A DNA stretch of 63,974 bases, counting the filler, from Neolecta irregularis DAH-3 (lineage: Eukaryota): NCBI GenBank assembly GCA_001929475.1. It is 10 parts of 10 records of this genome, joined end to end, with 100 filler letters (N's around TTAATTAATTAA, not from the genome) between each part and the next. Parts side by side here need not be neighbours in the genome. Positions count along the whole stretch, not along the records: positions 27,543 to 45,670 come from LXFE01000487.1; 9 more parts are not named here. One strand, written 5' to 3'. The stretch's first letter is position 1. Each line of letters begins with the position of its first letter. Both the position numbers and the translations under genes were made by a program. Below the pieces are notes generated by a model. It saw nothing but the letters and a program-made list of their open reading frames with translations, was not told the origin of the DNA and searched no databases. Of the stretch, positions 27,840 through 41,350 are shown piece by piece.

Positions 27840-28943
27840 ATGTCTCGGAAAAGCTTTCAAACGATAGAGGCATGCGGTCTCCCAGACGATGGTGATTTGA
27901 AGGTTGTGATTAATGATGGTCTCTTGTTCAACTTACAATCTGATGTCCTCTGCTCGTCTTCGCTGGTTCTCAAAGAATTGCTATCTAGGCCAGCTCTCAC
28001 GGTCCTACGGCTAGAATTCAACCATGGAATTAGGCTTGTAGATTCCAAGGATTTTGTAGTGGCATCGTATATCGATGCTTTTCCAGATTTCAAGCTGGTC
28101 TACAAGTCTCGTCCACGTCCAGATTTCGCGATTACTCAGCTTCGCGAACGAGCATTGATCGAGATTTTACGCTTATTCTACGATCTCGAAGTCAGTCTTG
28201 ATGAGAACGAGTGTGATTTAATTTATGCAATTCTCCAGCTTACGGATCTACTGGAGTGTAAACCGGTGATCGGTCGACGTTTGAATTCGTGGTTGCAAAC
28301 TCGAGTAGCACAAATCCGAGCATATTTTGAAGAACCGCGCCGATGTCTGATTTGCTTGCTGATTGCGGATTACACACAACACACGAATCTGTTTGAGGCC
28401 AGTGTTGTTCACACATCTGGAAACTTTAGTATAGCGAGGCGTCATTCGACTTTTGCCATTCTTCGAATTGACGTGCGCAATCTTGTTGCGATGAAAGCAG
28501 GGATACTATTGATGCGGGTGCAAGCGACGATTTCTGAGATTCTGTGTCTCAACTTGAAGAATGTGGAGGCTCGAGAGTTTCCTAAGGGGATTTTAGAGAC
28601 GGCCAAGACATTTGCGGTGATCCGGATGGGATCTTGTTTCCGGACGGCAGACACGTACCGGAATGTGGTGAATCTGTCCAAGATCGATCTTGACTACCAG
28701 AGTATTCTAAACTCGAGCGTGGTGTCAATTGAAACGAGCCACCCGAAGCGGGTGGTGCAGTCTGCGCTGCTCCATATACAGAGTTCGATCCGGCAGCACG
28801 CGGAGAGCATACTGGGCACGGGCAGCCGACATCCGTCGACGAGCTACTTTGTGGACGGGAGCAGGGACGAGAGTGTGCGGCAGGTGTTGATGCGCGGGGA
28901 GATGTGTCTGGACAAGCGGCAGAGTATGTATTGGGCGGGGTAG
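27840..28943 (+). CDS. Hypothetical 367-aa intronless protein, possible BTB/POZ-like N-terminus
   Basis: Uninterrupted ORF. DGDLKVVI...FNLQSDVLCSSSLVLKELL resembles the start of a fungal BTB domain. Confidence 0.6.
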   Translation: MSRKSFQTIEACGLPDDGDLKVVINDGLLFNLQSDVLCSSSLVLKELLSRPALTVLRLEFNHGIRLVDSKDFVVASYIDAFPDFKLVYKSRPRPDFAITQLRERALIEILRLFYDLEVSLDENECDLIYAILQLTDLLECKPVIGRRLNSWLQTRVAQIRAYFEEPRRCLICLLIADYTQHTNLFEASVVHTSGNFSIARRHSTFAILRIDVRNLVAMKAGILLMRVQATISEILCLNLKNVEAREFPKGILETAKTFAVIRMGSCFRTADTYRNVVNLSKIDLDYQSILNSSVVSIETSHPKRVVQSALLHIQSSIRQHAESILGTGSRHPSTSYFVDGSRDESVRQVLMRGEMCLDKRQSMYWAG

Positions 28944-29189
28944 CAGCGGGCGTATTGAGAAAGTATTAGCGGGCGTATTGAGAAAGTATGGAGGTGTGGT
29001 AGCGAGTGTATTGAGAAAGTATTAAGATATCATGCCGATAAGCCATATCGATATTGGCGGCAGATCTGCAGGGCGGCTGGCGCCACTGCATGTGAGAGCG
29101 GGAGGGTGTGGCGAAGCAAAGCATGCGCCACTGCATTGCGCCACTCAACGACAAGGCTTGTTCCTTGCGCTGTCGCCCCGCGTTTGCCC

Positions 29190-31634
29190 ATGCCGCGCCC
29201 GCTGTCGCCCCGCAAGAAACCCGCCGCTGCAAACTCCTCCCGCGATCCCGGCCCGCTCGCCCAAGGCCTGCTTGCCTCCACCGTCCCGCCGCCCGCCCGC
29301 TTCAATCCCATCAACCAGTCCCATGTCCGCAGCTCCAGCCTCTTCGATATCAAAGATGCCATGGCTAGAAACCTCCTCATCCAGGTGCTTTTCGCCTAAA
29401 TATCCTCATTAATAACAATCAGAAAGCTCTTGTCGACAGCAAGGAGTACGAAATCCTTAGTCTCGAGGAGATAGACGACCTCAAAAACGTACTCCGGCCC
29501 GCTTGTTTTCTGTCTTTTTTTTCTCACTGACCCGGCCAGGAGTACCAGATCCTACACACGAGAACAGAAGCCCTGCGTCGCAAACTCGATATCGAGTCAA
29601 AAGTCAGAGATGCCGCAGTCTCCCTCGCCAAACTCCACGTCAAATCAAAACGCAACTCGGCAATGGCAGAAGACCAGATCTTGAGCGCCAACCGCAAGGT
29701 CGACGACGTTGCTGCAGAACTATGGCATCTCGTGAGACGGGAAGATGAAGTCTACAAGCGCATCCTCCAACATAATGCTGGTATATTAAATGCTGGCATG
29801 GAAGAATTCGAAAAAGATAACAACGATATCCACGGAAGGAGAACCAGTCTGGGCGTCTTTGATGCACATCACTTGTACCGGGCGTTCGATGCTCCCACCA
29901 CCCCTAAATCTACCGTCTTCTCAAATAGCGCCTCCGTCAATGAGACAGTATACCTTCTTGAGGAAAAGCTACGCGAAACAAACCAACAGCTCAAAAATCT
30001 TCTTGGCGCAAGCCCAGAACTGACAGACGATTCCTCAATAGTCGACGATTCTTCCGCCCTCGACCAAGCCGTCCTGTTACAGCGACATATCAAGTCACTG
30101 GTCAGTTTACACGACGCCGAGTTGCGACAAATAGAGGATGCCGAGTCTGGCCGTGCACTGATACTAATGGATCTGTGGGATAAGTTGCCCAGTGCTCGCA
30201 AATTTGATCCCAAGAAGGAAGCAGAAGAAGAGGAAGAGGTATTCTCAATGACAGCTTTAATTAAACGAGTCGACCACTGCGTTGCCACAGGAGAAGAATA
30301 TCAGGCAGAGCTCAAGGAACTTGATAAACAGCGCAAGGATGAACTAAACGACCTGTGCGACAAGATGGATGATATGCAAAGCAAATATCGCAATGAGATT
30401 CAAAGATTAGAATCACAGATCCAAGACTCGGAAGATGTTCGGAACTCGTTGAATCACCGCGTCGATCAATCTATTGAAGAGCTTGAAAAGGCAATTGCAA
30501 AGGAACAACTCCTCGATACAACAGTAACTCAACTCAACGAAAAATTAGAAATGGCCGAAAGAGAACTCGAAGCGACTCGAAATTTGGAAAATGCACGAGA
30601 CGACGAGGCTTTAATTGAAGAACGTCAACGTCGAATCCAATTAGAATCAGAATTCCTGCAAAAACTACAAGCCAAAGATCAAGAAATTCTTCGTCTCCAA
30701 GAGGAGTACCGAAGAGCAGATAATGGACATCAACAAAACCTAGTCTCTCTTCAGCAGAAAACAAAGTCCCAGAAACAATCCATGGAACAACTCGAATTTC
30801 AGCTTTCTACTATCAGAGACAAAATGGCAGGTCAAGAGCAACGACTACGGGAAACCGAACAAGAATTAGTTGCAAAAACACAAGAACAAATGAAAGCCCA
30901 AGGAACAATTGAAGAACACGAAAACGAAATCATTCGCTCAAAATCAGAAATCGTCATGTTGAAGGCGCAGATGGATGAAGTCCATGGATCTCGCCAACAG
31001 CGAAAAGCCGAAGCTGCTCACGCAGCTAGAATGGCCGCTCAAATTTCAGCAGATCAAGCAAAAGAGGCAGAACTTAGTATGTTACGCACCACAAATCGAA
31101 CCCTTCGTTCTCAAGTCGAAGAATTGCAAAATATTCCGGCGCGGTCGACGACTTCTAAAGGTCCTACCGATGACGAAATTGCATTGCGAAATCGATGTAC
31201 TATGCTACAGGAAGAACTCAACGGAATGTTGGCTTCCTTTGAGACTCTGACGAAATCTCAAATCGAATTCGAAACAGAACGTCTTAGACTGGAACATCAA
31301 AATGATTTACTCCTCATAGAAAGAAATGATTTGGAAAACCAGCTTGCGGATGAAAAGGTTCGTAATATGGGACGAAGGACAGGATTGAATACACCCTGTG
31401 ATAGCCCCGGAACCCCAAACCCTGGGTTGACTTCCCTGGAGAAAGATACTACCAGTATCGCTATTTTGAGGAGAGAATTTAGAAAGATGGTACAGCAGAT
31501 GAGGACTGAACATCAGAAGGTTCTAAAGGTTTATTCTCTTTGCTTCCCGAGATATTGACGGACAGGTAGAGCTTGACGAGAGGAGACGACTTGAAGGACT
31601 TGTCAGGCAACTCAAGGGGCAACAGCAGACTTGA
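29190..31634 (+). CDS. Uds1 (up-regulated during septation)-domain coiled-coil protein
   Basis: Spliced ALVDSKEYEILSLEEIDDLK..EALRRKLDIESKVRDAAVSLAKLH, a long coiled coil, and LRREFRKMVQQMR near the C-terminus. Confidence 0.8.
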
Positions 31635-31903
31635 TCACTTACTTTCCGGGAGTTTTGAGATGTTTTTTTCGGCATCGGATATTGATATAATAATCTTGTT
31701 CCGCTTGGCTTTAATCATGTACTATTATATCTTGTTTTATTCTGCTGTATCTATCGGATGTTGTATATGGTGGCGAGGCTTAATTTTGCCTATGAAGTGC
31801 AGATGGGGAAATTCTGTTTACGACATTCCTGTTTGGGTTCTCAACTCATTTAGCATCTCCCCTATCCCTCTTTGCTACCCTCATACTTCGTGGTACTTGC
31901 ATA

Positions 31904-33720
31904 ATGAATAGTATCACGTCCACTCCAAGTCCCAAACATAGGACATCCCATTCGCCCCTGAAAGCAATTACTACTACCGCAAAGCATATCCTGGGACCGC
32001 TCAGTCCGTCTAAACTTCGAGGCTTAAATGCAGAGCCAAAGTCAAATAAAATGAATACAACAGCGATGGATTGGGTGAATAGGGGAAATCGACCATCACT
32101 GAATCATAAGCGAAGTCATAGCGAGCGACCCAAAACCGCCATTATCAAACGAAAATCAAGTTTTCTAAATTTGAGCAACAAGGCACCATCACATGTTGAA
32201 AGAGTCCTCAGTCCCCAGGAAATCGACTTTGAGTTTGAACAGCTCTTGGTCTGTTATTGATTGGGTTACATGCTTATCCAGTAGAACTCTAGAGGTATTC
32301 CGGAAAACTTGCGGTCAAAATTACGTTCAGTAGACTATAATGTAAAACAGAAACTGGTAAAATCTGAAGCGGAGAGTCAATTACGCAGCCATCGAGCTGT
32401 TCGAAGTGTTTCCTCAGTCGATGTACTAATGCCCCGACCACGACCGATTAGCACCCAAAGCGTCTCTTCCCTACAACCTCTCAAAAAGAAGAATAGACCC
32501 GAAAGGGCTAATTTTGCTGGATTAAGCTTCAAGAAAGCGAGAGATTTTGTTGGGTATCTTAAGCTTGTTGAACCAAAACAGGTTGAGATTGAGCGTGTTC
32601 ACAAATTGAGATTATTACTAAGGAACGAAACCATTAGGTATTTCTTTACTTTTGGTCTATAGCTAAAATATAGTTGGATCAACGAGTTCATTGAACACGG
32701 AGGTTTTGCTGTTTTATGCGAACAGATAACGAAGATTTTGGATGTTGAATGGAGAGAGGAACATGAAGATAAGCTTGTACATGAAATATTGCTCTGTATG
32801 AGGGCCTTATGTACTGCTGAGGTAGGATTTCAATATATCTTGCTAATCGTGAAGAATGGCCTCGTTCTCCTCATGGTCGATGAATTTGCCATTTTGGAAA
32901 AGCTCACCCAATGGATATTCTCTGAGAAGCCTCCAGCTGAATTCAATACTAGAGGTCTTATCATCGACCTTGTTTGTATGCTTCTTATTATATCCGAATG
33001 TTGATTCATCTAGTAACTCAACTGACATCAGTGGCCACTCAAAATCGACCGCTTTACGCTGAACGACTAATGGGTTACCTCGCGAATCCCAAGCCTACCG
33101 CTGAGAAAAGGCAGCATGAGTTCATCGAACAAGCACGGACTCCTCGACCTTATAAGCGTTGGTGCGTCGAGCTCGAGCGTGTTGCTCGAGACGTGTTTTG
33201 GATTTTTCTCCATGGAAAGAATGAAATACCGATATTGGATACCAAGGCCCGACTCAACATTCCCCTCAATATCAAAGGCCAACATTCGGCTGAGCCAATG
33301 GTTCCTGCGGGGTTTGTTGGTGGAGTAGAGTGGGAAGCCATGGAATACGCCGGTTGGAACCTGAAACTTGTCAACGAACTTATCCTTTCTTTTCCCACTC
33401 CGGAAAAGCGAAATGGTCTTCGTGCAGAGTTCAAGGCAAGCGGAATTGAAAAGATCATGGGCGGTAAATTTCGAAAAACGAGCACGAAATTTTACCAGAC
33501 ACTACATGAAAATCTTGCTACTTGGGTGGCTTGGGCTGAATCAGATGGATGGGATTCAAGAATTGTTCGACTGGGACCTGAAGCTGAAGAAATCCGGCCA
33601 AGGGGAATGGGTCAAGCCTCTGCTGGCCGTGTAAAGCAAAAGCTTTTTGGCCTTGGGCATCAGGGAAGCCGTGGCCAGCCGAGATTGCCTAGTCTTGATA
33701 TTGGCGGACGTCTCGAATAA
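31904..33720 (+). CDS. Formin GTPase-binding (Drf_GBD)-domain protein, Rid1-like
   Basis: KLRLLLRNETI.WI..FI..GG, VEWREEHEDKLVHEILLCMRALCT, PAEFNTRGLI, GFVGGVEWEA. Confidence 0.8.
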
Positions 33721-34427
33721 TTTTCATCATGGGCTGCGGTGTATTATTTGCCTTTTGGGATGAAATATTTCGATTTTTCTTCTTTCGTGTATAAAGGGCA
33801 TGACTCTCCATTATAGACGCGTGTAGTTCTTTTTGTGGTTACATAGTAGCATCCAGCACTTAGATAAAAAGATTTGGCTGGACCAGATTATTATCTCTGC
33901 TTGAACCCGGGACATCTGACATAACAATGCAAAATTGACTTGGGCAAGGAAAGCGACGAATTACTTTTTTCGAATATTGCTATTGAGAAGAATTATGAAA
34001 GACGTCCTTCAACTCTTACGACTGCATTCGCTACCAGTGCTTTTATGTCCCCAGATAGTCTACCTGAAATTTACCTCGAAATTTCATAATAGGAATTAGG
34101 TAGTGGATGCCAATTGAACATACTCGAGAAATGTATAAATTTCCAGGTCACTACATAGTGATCAACATGTAGAGCATGTAATATTGACAGTATGAAATAT
34201 GTTCGTTTCTAGAAAGATGAATTCTAGCAGATATTGCTTCTATATAGACGATACAATTACAAGAGACAAGGCGTAGAAAAGAAAAGAAAAGAAGTAAAGC
34301 AAGACTATATGTATCAGCTTTCATTGAGCACACCGAGATCATATACAACCTATTCTCAACAGCACTTCAAAATGCAACAACCTACACACTCTAAATAATG
34401 AAACCAAACGACTTACTCTCAAGAATT

Positions 34428-35533
34428 TTATTCCTTTACTGTTTCAAAAACTTGACTGATTTCACCCAAAGCCTTTCTATCCCCTATAGATTGAATGACA
34501 AGCTGGCAAACCTCTCCAATAACTTGCATAATCTCCATTTTCACACCTTCCAAGAGAGCTTTGATAGCACTCTCGGCAGCAATTTGTTCCAGTTCTTCCT
34601 TTGTCTTTATCCCGTCGCCGTGTCCTTGTTCTGCTTTTTGCAGATTTTCAAAGGCAGATTTGACGTTATAGGCTTGTTTTATCGTCGTAATGCTTTGGGA
34701 AATAGACTTTGAGCGGTAGGAAATGCTCGCACTGAGAGAACCAAGGGTCCATGCGGGTGTCAATTTGGAATGAATACGATAAACATATCCAATGGCCTGC
34801 GGAATTTAGGGAAAATATCAGAAAGTGATGTACATGTAATAATTCCACACCAAATCTCTCCTCTTTCAGATCGCTCAGTTCATTATGTAGACTATCAATG
34901 AAACCTTTAGGATCATCATGATAACTAGTAATTTTCGCACGAAGGCCTTCTGCTAGCTTCTGGATTCGGTTTAACCTGGCATCTGGAGAAGGTGTCGGAA
35001 GTTCAGTCTTGTCTGCTTGTCCTGGCTTGTGCTGGTCAATTGCGCTTGCGACCTGTGAAGTAATCTCAAGTTCACCGATGTAAGGATTGAATTTCTCCGA
35101 ACCAATTATCTTGGTCATTATTTCGCTTGGGTCAGGCTGGTCTATTTTGATTAGTATCAGGAACGACTATTTCTAAAAATTTCTTACCAATGCCTGCTTG
35201 CCCGAGCCGATCATATCGACTTCTCTTCTTCTCATCCGATAAAACTTTGTATGCCTCGTTCAATTTCTGGAAATCTTTGTCTGAACCGCCCTTATCGGGA
35301 TGTATCTTAGCTGCAAGTTTCCTGTAAGCTGCCTTTATTTTTGCTGGGGGGGCGTCGTTTGGGACGTTGAGAATGGAGTAATACGACCTCTCGGGGGCGG
35401 GATTAAATACAGATGAGCAGGCATAACATTGAAGCAAAGATGCTGGCGGCAGATATTCGAGCGTGACATAACAGGATGGACAGATATGAGGAGTATAAGC
35501 CGAATCGTGTAAACGAGTTGTGGTCGGGTTCAT
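34428..35533 (-). CDS. J-domain protein with DnaJ-X domain (Djp1/Caj1-like) and N-terminal CxxC..CxxC
   Basis: YYSILNV...AYRKLAAKIHPDKGG, FNPYIGEL, FGVELLHAIGYVY. Confidence 0.8.
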
Positions 35534-35758
35534 TGCGTTCTGTCAAAGCAATCGGTCTTTATGAGACATATCCATAACTCTCCATTCTATTATTTGCTAT
35601 CAGATACATGAGTGCTTTACCACCTTCTGATGGAGGATATGCGCAGAGAATTAGGAAATGTATGTTTAAAAAAATTACTCGCGGACAGAGAATAGAAAGT
35701 AAAATCATTACAGAATATATGTCATCATCGCTCGTTTCCATAGATTTGTGCCCTGGTA

Positions 35759-38700
35759 CTACGAGTCCTCCGCGTGTTTCGTGGAAGTCCGTTGCAATGA
35801 CTAGAATCATGAGATAAAAAAGGTCAAAGGACAATATACCACAACGAAATCTTCAATGTTCCTTTGTTTCTTCTTTTCCTTGACACTCTTTCCATGCATC
35901 ACACGATCGAATCCGGATGAACCAGAAAGAAGATAGTAAACCTGATTGAAATTAGCAGCTAAATATAGTACAACATACCCCCGCCATAACGCAGAAAACG
36001 CCGAATGAGAACAAGTAGACTCGAACGACAGTGACAACATTGGTACGTCCGTTTCCAGTGAACCATCCGAAGATACAGAAAAGAGTAGCAATAACATCGA
36101 CGGTAAAGACAGCGCTTGCCAATTGCCATGAAGGAAGAGAGGTGTAGAATGGTCCGCTTGCACGAGTAATGAAAATGAGCCAATTCTCAGTAAGCGTAAT
36201 TTCGAGAAATAAGATTTGATCACGATCTCCGGAATTCTGAATGAGACCCTTGGTGCCATCGCCAAGATGTAAGCCGGCGCCGAGAATAGTGGTAAGGCAG
36301 ATCCAGGTACCAGCAGCCAGGATGGTACCCTGAACGAGAGAGAGTCCCCAAAGCCGCGGTAGATTCCATTTGACAGGCTTCTGTGAATACGGCGCATTGT
36401 CGTAGGCGATCGCAAGCGTTGCAATATCGGCGAAGATGGCAATGAATACAACCAATTCAAGATTCAAGAGTTGATTCAAGATAATCAGCCATAGACCGAG
36501 GAATATCTCCAGGTGAATAGACAATGCGATACGATAAACAACGTAGGCGTACATCCGATGAAAAATTTGGCGTGAGGTCTTGAGAGCATCGATGATTGCA
36601 GATAAACCCGGAGCGAGAAAGACAATATCAGCTGCAGAACGAGCAGCATCCGAGGCACCTTCCACAGCAATGCCAGTGTCTGCTTTCTTGAGGGATGGGG
36701 CATCATTGACACCATCGCCCGTCATTGCAACAAGGTAACCACGTTGTTGGAGGATCCCGACAACATTATACTTATGCTGAGGGAATACACCAGCAAAACC
36801 ATCAGCAGCCTCGACGAAATCATAGAATTCAGACCCGGGCATATTACCACCACCGCCAAGGCCCAGTTTTTCAGAGTTATAAACGTTCGTTCCCATGCCG
36901 AGCTGTCGAGCGGTTTCCCTAGCAATACCCACGGCATCACCAGTCAACATTTTGATAGAAAGACCCAATCGACGAGCTTCAGCTATTGTAGGTATGGTGT
37001 CAAGCCGAGGAGGATCCGAGCAAGGCATAATTCCTAAAATTTCCCAGTTAGAATCTCCGCGCTTTCGGGCCACCCCGAGAGACCTGAAACCACGAGTAGC
37101 AAATTCAGAGACACAATTCTTGTAGGCAACATCAATTTCCTCAGGAATATCATGATCTTCTTCGACAGTTTTGAGAACAAATAATGGAGCTCCTTTAACG
37201 CAGATGATACGTTCGCCATCCGGAGATTCCACAATAGCCGTAACCTTCTTCGAGACTGGGTCAAATGGATGAAATTCTAGAACCTTGTACTTGCCGAGGA
37301 GAGCTTTGGCTTCCGGATAATTCTTCAAAGCTTTCAAAAAGGCCTTATCTATAGCATCAAGACCTTTCTTCTTTCGCGAAGCAGCGAGACAGGCAGTGAG
37401 CATAAGCTCGTCAGGCGTAATTCCTACAACGCAAAATGGTTCGGACATAGAAAGTTTATTCCTGGTAAGAGTACCAGTTCTACGTTTCAGCCATAAAGCA
37501 ATTCAGGAAGATGTATACTTATCAGAACATAGGATCTCGACACCAGCTAGAGACTCAATAGCACTGAGTTTCTGAACAATAGCCTTCTTCTTGGCCAGAT
37601 AAGCAGCGCCGACCGCCATTGTAGTAGTGACAACCTATAAATGAGTAACATCCGTGAAGATCACGAACAGCAGGAAGACCGACTGGTACTCCGATGACAG
37701 TGATAACCAGAGTTGCTCTTAAAAGGTCGTGAATCGAATTGGAACGATAGAACCCAGCGACGTAAATCGCGAACAAAGTAAGGATGACGAGAACCAAGAG
37801 AGTAGTCCCGATTCCATTCAAAACTTCCGTAAAATGACCTTTGACGTTTCCTGCTCGAGAAACGAGAGAAGCAGCACGACCAACAAAAGTGCCGTCACCA
37901 ATTGCTGTGACAATCATGAAGGCTTCTCCACGTTTGACGGTAGAACCTAGAGTTTAGCGCCATATGACGTATATTTACACACTAGCGTAGCAATTGTCTC
38001 CCTTGAGTTTGTCAACAGAAAGAGATTCTCCAGTGATAGCAGATTGATCGACCTGTACATAGCAGTTATCCGTAACAAGACGACCATCGGCAGAGACAAT
38101 AGTGCCCTCTTCGATTTGGAGAATATCACCGGGAACAACATCGCTGGCTTCAATCTCTTTAAGTTGGCCATCGCGGAGAACGGTAGCCTTGAGGGCGAGA
38201 TGTTTCTTTAGTTCTTCAACAATAGAACCAGCTTGGTATTCCTGCATGAAACCAACACATGCATTGAGCAGTAGCAACGCCGAAATGACACCAAAGTCAA
38301 CCCAAGCTTTGAGACCTATGGCAAGAATGGCAGCCGCTTCCATAACGAACTGGATAGGACCGACTGTAAGAGGTTGTTAGTACAATGGCAAGCAATATAT
38401 GCATACCGAAAAACATCATGAACTTCTTGTACAGATTCTCCTTTTCTTCTTTCATCTGGTTGAAGCCAAACCGTTTTCTTCTATCGGCCACCTCTTGCGA
38501 AGTAAGACCAATTCGAGTGTCGGTTTGAAGAAACTCCTCAGCGACAGGTTTGGCCGACATAGCACCAGTCCCCTCCTTTTCTTCTTCGTCCAGCAGACCA
38601 TCTTCGCTTTCAAGATCTTCAATCAAGGCATCGATATCTTCGTCTTCATCAGACTCAATAGAGCGTTTTTCGGGGTCTGCGGCAGCCTTTTTGTCGCCTG

Positions 38701-38764
38701 TTTGGGCGAAATAGTCATGCGTATGATACTCTGGCGTGGCAGAGTCTATGTTTGGATCCGCCAT
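35759..38764 (-). CDS. PMA1: Plasma-membrane H+-ATPase
   Basis: [34 protein letters not shown]-terminal SLQRTSTKH. Confidence 0.98.
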
Positions 38765-39434
38765 GAAGAGAAAGACCTGCGCGTGGTGTTATTCCTGCAA
38801 TCAGTACTCAAGAGAATTGAAGGACAACCTAAGAGATACGGGGGCCTGACAAGAGATGGGATAACACCAAAAGATGGCTGCAAATAGACGTAGGAGGTGG
38901 GAGGGGGTCGATGTGGCTGGAGGCAATCGAGGTGTTGTGGGCGGGGCGAAAATCGAATTGGGCTCCGACCTCCTTTTTATAAACCCGGCCGGGCGGGTGT
39001 TGACTGTAAAGATGGGGCCGGTATTACAGGAATCACTTTACTTCGTCTTCCACCATTCCCGCGCCTCACATCGGCCGAGCCAAGCCCTGACTGCACGTCT
39101 TACAACAGTGCGTCATAGAAAGAGATCTTTCTTTTGGTAGATATTCGTGCGGCAATTGTTTTCAGGGGATGCAGTCACGGCTGTATCGGAACGTCTAATG
39201 CCGTCAATCGGCTTTTGATAAAGCTTAATCTATTAATTGTTGTGAATGTTTCCCTACTGGAGAATGGCGATATGTCGTCTCGTGAAACAAAAGTTGCAAT
39301 GCTCCAAGACCCACCAACTACTCCGTACCTAAATGCCATGAAAGCCTCTGTAGCGTCGTGCGTTGAGTCTTCGGCCTAGTGGAATGCTGGCGAACGTTTT
39401 AAATTCTCTATTGACTATTTCTTTGCCTTTATCT

Positions 39435-39921
39435 TCATAATTGTTTCCACATGAGAACGTGATCCATCCCATCTTCATCAAATACTCCCTTGTTTTCATC
39501 AACTCGATAGCCTAATTGCGCGTAGAAAGATTTTCGCTGAAGCTGGGAATGCGTTTTCAGGCTCAGACAATCCGGGTTAGATTTTCGCACATAGTCTTCG
39601 AGCGTGAAACATAGTTTCTTAGCTATCCCATTACCCCGTCCTTTTGCGCGGACTGCAAGTCTTGTCAGCTTATTGTCATTGACAAGTCGAACAGTCCCAT
39701 AATCATCCGAGGTATTAGCATCAACTGCGAGGAAATATTTTGTCGTTGGATCCTGGTCAAACCTTTGCAAAGTTAAAAATCTCCGAATTAATGAAATCCT
39801 ACTTATCAAATTCTTCATCGGCGCTAAAGCCTTGTTCATCACAGAAAACTTCTATCCGGATCTTTTTGCATCTCTCAATTTCTACGGGGGTTTCACACTC
39901 TATTATTTGAATTTGTAGCAT
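39435..39921 (-). CDS. GNAT acetyltransferase (ElaA/YjcF-like)
   Basis: KIRIEVFCDEQGF, RLAVRAKGRGNGIAKKL, FYAQLGY, FDEDGMDHVLM. One intron. Confidence 0.85.
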
Positions 39922-40294
39922 AGATGATGATTTAGCAATGGTTTATCAACGGTATTATATTGTAAAGCAAAATGCCGGATCTCTACTGTGCGAAAATGTG
40001 GATAGTGTTTTGGACGTTCCAGAAGTAAATGGATGACGGTTTTTAAAAAAAAATTGCAATAAGGTTGAAAGAGGTTGAAAGAGGTATATATTGTATTCGA
40101 CACTATTATAGAATCCGTCTACTCAATAGCGATTCTCGCCATTCCTGCTCGGTTCTGCAAGCAGCAGAAATGATGTTATCGGAATTTATCAAAGTCGTGT
40201 CGTCATCCTTCTGTCAAACATTTTGATGAACAACACATACAAATTCATTGTCAGCAACAACCCTTCGAAAGTGATAGACCAGGATTTCTCAAAG

Positions 40295-41350
40295 ATGTCT
40301 TCCTATAAGCGGTCTAACTTTGCCAATCCAGCATACCGAACGCTTGTCTCCTCCGTTGGTGCAGCATTTGCAATACAACTGGTAGCAGGAGCGCCTTCAG
40401 TGATTTTCCAGACAGAACGATTCTATGATCATTCTTCCCCAACAGATTAGCCTAACCATACTCTAGATTTAACTGGAGGTCTTTCATTTCTGGTATGCAC
40501 TGGATTGTCTCTCTACCATCCTGCCTTACGCGCACGTTCCTTAGCAGCTGCGAGCGGCATTCCCAAGCCCGCATTCCCTTCGTTTACAACTTTCCATCCT
40601 CGACAATTGATCCTTAGCAGCCTAACCACCGCCTGGACATTCCGTTTGAGTATCGATAATTCATGCATTGCCACTGATCAACAAGGCCTTTTCTTGTTCA
40701 GCCGAGTACTCAAATATGGAAAGGACTCCCGCTTTGACGAGATAAAGAAAGACGTTTGTATCCTTCTCTTGATCTTCCTAACAAAAGCCTTTGAAATTTG
40801 CAGGGGCATGGTTTGGTCAGGCTTTATGGGTATCGTTCGTTTGTCTGCCTGTCATGGCAGTCAATGCTGCCCCTGCCACAACCCTCGTTTCATTTGGTTT
40901 CCGTGATCTTATCGGCATCTTGCTTTGGGACGCCGGATTTGCCTTTGAAGTTATCGCAGATCACCAAAAGGCTGACTGGCGAGCTCGGAAAGAGCCAAAA
41001 AAACACAGCCAGGAGTTCATTCGGGAAGGGCTATGGTCGACTAGTCAACATCCTAATTACTTTGGTGAAATGACGCTTTGGACGGGAACCTGGATAATTG
41101 CCAATCATGCTCTTAACAAGACAGTTATATATCCTTCATGGATGGGGTTAGCTAGCGGAATTAGTCCCGTCTTTCTCAGACTGCTCTTGACCAAAGTATA
41201 ACTCCAGGATTAAATCCTTTCTCATACAACTTTTAGGTGAGCGGAGTCCCTCTCCAAGAAGTGGCGAACGACAAAAAGTTTGGTGGAAAGAAAGATTACG
41301 AAGAATATAAGCGAAACACCCCGGTTGTTATTCCAAAACTTTTCAGCTAG
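40295..41350 (+). CDS. DUF1295/steroid-5-alpha-reductase-family membrane protein, possibly decaying
   Basis: ERFYDLTG, GKDSRFDEIK, IADHQK, GLWSTSQHPNYFGE, VSGVPL. The first intron appears to have an AT donor. Confidence 0.8.

Noticed and set aside
24442-33720. Septation cluster (chitin synthases + Uds1 + Rid1)
   Set aside because: Crosses an artificial linker at 27443-27542, so the adjacency is unsupported.
33930-34090. Short stop-free frame between Rid1 and the J-protein
   Set aside because: No start, convincing splice model or recognisable motif.
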